Positions 55,911 through 64,000 of a stretch of DNA of 64,000 nucleotides are shown here, one piece after another. The translations under genes were made by a program, and so were the position numbers. Location of the stretch: NCBI RefSeq assembly GCF_009914755.1, contig NC_060937.1; one strand, given 5' to 3'. How positions within the stretch are numbered: position 1 is the first letter of the stretch; each line of letters starts with the position of its first letter. The notes under the pieces are model-generated. The model searched no databases and had not been told where the DNA came from. It saw nothing but the letters and a program-made list of their open reading frames with translations. Source of the stretch: the human T2T-CHM13v2.0 reference genome, Homo sapiens.

Positions 55911-57261
55911 TATCAATGAAGGTTCAATATTTAATACAAACAAAGAAAAGCAGTCTATGTATGAAGCAATGATGACAGTGTCTCATGAAGCAAAGATCAT
56001 GACTAACCTAATCCCGTGCACCTTGGAGTCCTTGAAAAAGAGGGAGGGGAGGAAAAAATCATTAAAAGACACCTTTTTAAAACTCAAAACAAATGTACCT
56101 CATTCACCAGTCTTTTGATGTGGGACCAAAGCCTCTTCTTTGAACATAGGACCACTAATAGAGGTTCTAAGACACATCTTTTATATACATCACACCCATC
56201 CTCCAGTATTTTCAATTTCAGTTTAAGTGGAAAAGTGGAGCAAGAATGTAAGAAAGCTTACAAAGCAATCTAAGTGTATGATCTTCCCACACATGTATGT
56301 TTGCCTCACTCATACCTAATTGGAAAGAAAAATTTTAAATGACCTTTACTGACTCTTTCCAAAGCATTCAACTCACTTTACCATTTCTGTAATCGTTAAT
56401 TCAATTATAATTATAATAAAGAGCATGATGGATCATAAACAGGTCTAGGAGCTTTAAAAATGCCATTCTTGAAAAGTATTTATATATGTTTGTATTATTT
56501 ATTTCCATATACTTATATATAACCATTTTGTTTCTAAAAGCAGGAGGAGGAGGAGGAAGTACCTATTATGGGTACTGATAGTCTGAATTAGCTTACTCTA
56601 CTACCCAATCATACTTTCTAGAGGTATTTTTGATATAACGTAGAAACCAAGAAGTTCCATTAAAATGTTAAATCAGTTTGGGAAACAGAAGACTATTAAA
56701 ATCTGTTTGTTCTGGTAACAGAAGTCAGTGATGAGTATCCTAAAGCCACATAGCTTACTACTTGAATTAATGACATCATTGAAATACATCATTACATAGC
56801 ACTAAAAAAAATACTGCCATTTAACCTACCACACAATGCCAAGTATCACTGATTGCATTTAGAATTAAATATAATACTCTTTTGACAAACACAAATAATT
56901 TTAATACTCTGAGGAAACTACCAAGAAAGCTGAAAGCACTGATAGGTATTGATCAAGGGAAGTCATATAAAGCAATTGTAATCAACATGCTAAAACTTTA
57001 TTCCAGAAATCTTTAAAATGGAAAATTTTAAATAAGCAAGTCCTTTACAGACATTAAGCTACCTTCAAATCAAGATGTAAATGATATTGTTAATTAACAG
57101 CTTAAAGAGGCAATTACATGGCAGTTAATAACACTGATAAATATGTAAGTGTGTGAAATTCTCAATGAGATCATTTCTCCTTTCCTTTCTCTGGATTGTG
57201 TACAGATATCCTCTTGTTATTTAAATATAATACAATAACAGCATTTCTCAAGTAATTATTA

Positions 57262-57566
57262 TTTTGTTGTTGTTGTTGTTTGAGACAGAGTCTCGCTTGA
57301 TCCCCCAGGCTGGAGTGCAGTGGCACAATTCTTGGCTCACTGCAACCTCTGCCTCCTGGGTTCAAACAGTCCTCCTGCCTCAGCCTCCCAAGTTGCTGGG
57401 ATTACAAGCACGCACCACCATGCCCAGCTGACTTTTGTAGTTTTAGTAGAGACGGGGTTTCACCATGTTGGCCAGGCTGGTCTCCAAACTCCTGACCTCA
57501 AGTGATCCGCCCGCCTCGTCCTCCCAAAGTGCTGGGATTACAGGTGTGAGCCACCATGCCCAGCCT
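57262..57566 (-). mobile_element. AluS about 150 bp from the exon 2 donor
   Basis: Full dimer, (TTG)n tail; AGTAATTATTA on both flanks. Confidence 0.92.
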
Positions 57567-57715
57567 CGAGTAATTATTAGAGTCCCTGTGTTTACAAGCT
57601 GATATTTATTCTTCATTAATTCAACATTTCCCAAGTACTTGTATTAAAAATATTTTTTACCAAAACAAAAAGCTTACTGGAGTTTCAAACAACATCTGAA
57701 TTACAATTAAATTTA

Positions 57716-58048
<333 letters not shown>

Positions 58049-58085
58049 CTACAATAAAGTAAAAAACTTACTTACAATAAAGTAA

Positions 58086-60383
<2,298 letters not shown>

Positions 60384-61879
60384 CAAGTTCTCAAAGCCAG
60401 AAAATGGCAGCCGCAGGTTAAGGATACTTACATGAAAGAGAAAATGGCAATTTCAAAAAATGCTGAAACTATTTGATCTGCTTATGAAAACGTCAGAGGC
60501 TATCAAATCAGGCACTTAAAAATTAGAATAAAAAACCAACTGCATAACTAGTATCCTCATAATCAGTACACAGGACTCTCATTATAATATTCAATATATG
60601 GTACAATCTATTTAAGAAAATGGTCATTATTTTACATTTAAAGTTACTATTCAAGGTATTTTAATAGAAAAGTGGTAATCAGGGGAATGAATCTCACATG
60701 TAATCTTTACTACAATGTTTTCTTTCAAGACTGCTATCATACCACAGAAAACAATCTACATTATAGGAAAATCACGTCTAAGTAACTCCCTAGCACTAAA
60801 AATAATAAACCTCTCGACCTAACCTCCCACCTGAGTTTGTTTCCACTGACAGCAGCTCATCAGTACTTCAAATGCAACACCTTCAACACCACATTCAAGA
60901 CTCCTCTTTCAGACTGACTTTCCATTTTTCACACTTTCTATATTAAAAGGCCCCCTAACATAAACAGGTATTTGTTGTTTTCTAAAAATTATAATATATG
61001 GAAAAATCTTTCTCAAGCCTGGCTCCGCATTCTTCTGTTAACATTAAGGATACCCTAATACTCCAACGCAGCCAGTTGAAATTTTTGCTATCTCTGACTA
61101 CCCTACCATTATCCCATGACGTCACATCCCTTTAATTCTACCTGTGCAATTTTTCTCCTCCATTCAGCTGGTCCTTCCCATCTTCACTGCTACTAACCTG
61201 CTTCAGCACTGTACTTAACCAAACTGCCTTCTGAGTGTTACGCATGGAATTTATGCAGCGGAATTAGGTTTTCATAATAAAGTTCTCGGAGGATAAATAC
61301 CAAAACCAAGTATGCCACAATTCCCTTTTTTCCTGGCTAACTTCAACCAGTGGTCCTCCTTCAGATTTCGTCAGACTTTTCCAGAAACGATATCCTGAGT
61401 CTCCCCTATAATGGTTAGGTGTCCCTATTTGCTATCCCAGCAAGTACTCATTCATGTTGGCTGAATAGTGTACTCTGTTTACCTACACTATCTCAGCTAT
61501 TACTTCACTACATAGCACTTGAATTGTCTACTTTCTGGAACTACACGCTCCGTGATGGCAGGACTGTCTCACTTGGGGTTTACAACCAGTACTGGCACGC
61601 TGTTTTTCGAGTTTTTCAGTAATGAACTAAAGAATAAATGAAGGAAAACAAATGAGACTATCAAATAAATCTTGGGAGGCAAAAGATAAAAACCTGGGTA
61701 AACTGACAGGAGATGATGACAAGAGGAATGAGGCGCGGCGTGTAGTAGAGCACAGCGACCAGGTTTGTAATCGTAGCTCTGTTTTCACGCACACTATGAC
61801 CTTGGGCAAGTCATCTTTTCTTTCTGGGATTTCTCTTTCCTCAGATTTAAAGCAATAGCTTCTAAGACCCAGCAGGTGG

Positions 61880-62400
<521 letters not shown>

Positions 62401-62647
62401 TTGTGCAAAAACTACAGATGGTGCCAGTGAGATCAGTCTCTTCTTTAACAGACAATATTTTGCGATGTTTGGAGGGGAAGGGTCTACAGCGTTCACCACG
62501 TTCTCAAAATGCGCCATGGCCACCAAAGAGGTTTAAAAAAAATTACTAAAAGACCTGCTGCCCTATGAATTAGCGTTTCCTTTCAGTCTTTATTTTTGAT
62601 GTAGAGTCAAAATGAGACATAGGTTTCATTTTTCAAAAATAGCTTTA

Positions 62648-63346
<699 letters not shown>

Positions 63347-63700
63347 TCATGAAACAGGGAACTGTGACCCCAGAAGAGATGTGGGGTTCCCAAACTTGGA
63401 AGGGGATGAGAATAAATCTGGTGGGAAATGTTGGCTAATAGGACACATGGGAACCACTAGCCTAAAATTCCATAAAGGCATTCCAAAGTTTACATCAACA
63501 TTTTCCCTGTCCTCTCAAAAAATAATCAAGGTGGGGAGGTGAGTTTTTGTGATACTAAAACACAGCTTACATTGAGCAGATCTTCCTGAGATCCACTAAC
63601 ACTAACAGAACCTTTGTGACTGAATGCTCTACACAGTACACTTGGGGATGCTTACTTTGTCTGATTTGTAAAAAAACAAACAAAAATTAAAGCATAACTT

Positions 63701-64000
63701 TGTCAAAAAACAAAATTATGGCAAATTTAGCATAATTGGTTTTTATTTGTGATTCTAGAATAGTGTTCCAGTGAGTTGAGCAGAGGGGTTTGGCTTTACA
63801 AGCACAAAAGAGTTGAAGAAAATAGAAACAGGGAACAAAAATCAGATTGGTCATTTCAAAGTTACCTTCCTTATAGGGTTAAAACAGAGGGATTCCTTGT
63901 CATGCTGGCTCAGGTAAACTAGGGCCCCTCTGATTGGTGCTGTGAATCTCCTGCTTTTGGAAAACTGGCCCTGATTTCAAAGTTCAGTTTGATTACTTGG
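63701..64000. mobile_element. ERV1 MER4-group LTR fragment (MER31/MER67-like), runs off the window
   Basis: TGTCAAAAAACAAAATTATGGCAAATTTAG...GATTGGTCATTTCAAAGTTACCTTCCTTAT resembles recalled MER31/MER67 LTRs; family uncertain. Confidence 0.55.

Overview
Repeat-dense primate (human-like) genomic DNA. It contains the complete, intact 7-exon MRPS31 gene (mitochondrial small-subunit ribosomal protein mS31) on the minus strand. The CDS runs 62095->20357; the exons sum to 1188 nt (395 aa + TAA), all introns are GT-AG and phases are consistent. From recalled knowledge this places the window at human 13q14.11. The gene has a CpG-island promoter with tandem ETS/GABP sites and an AATAAA about 50 nt after the stop. 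The MIR320D1 hairpin lies about 1.4 kb downstream. Most of the rest is transposon-derived: a full-length L1PA2/3-type LINE-1 in intron 6 (ORF1 and antisense ORF0 open, ORF2 dead, 15-bp TSD), the 5' half of an older L1PA at the left edge, about 50 Alus, MaLR/ERV LTRs, MER2, MER5A and microsatellites. Most ORF-track entries are Alu/L1 artefacts. I cannot demonstrate a new biological system from sequence alone. The best leads are (i) an in-frame L1 ORF0 splice-donor to MRPS31 exon 7 fusion, (ii) three tiny poly(A)-tailed, TSD-flanked retro-inserts (one is MIR320D1, two unidentified), and (iii) a 41-bp locally templated insertion inside an Alu. Repeat subfamily names are by eye and need RepeatMasker/Dfam confirmation.
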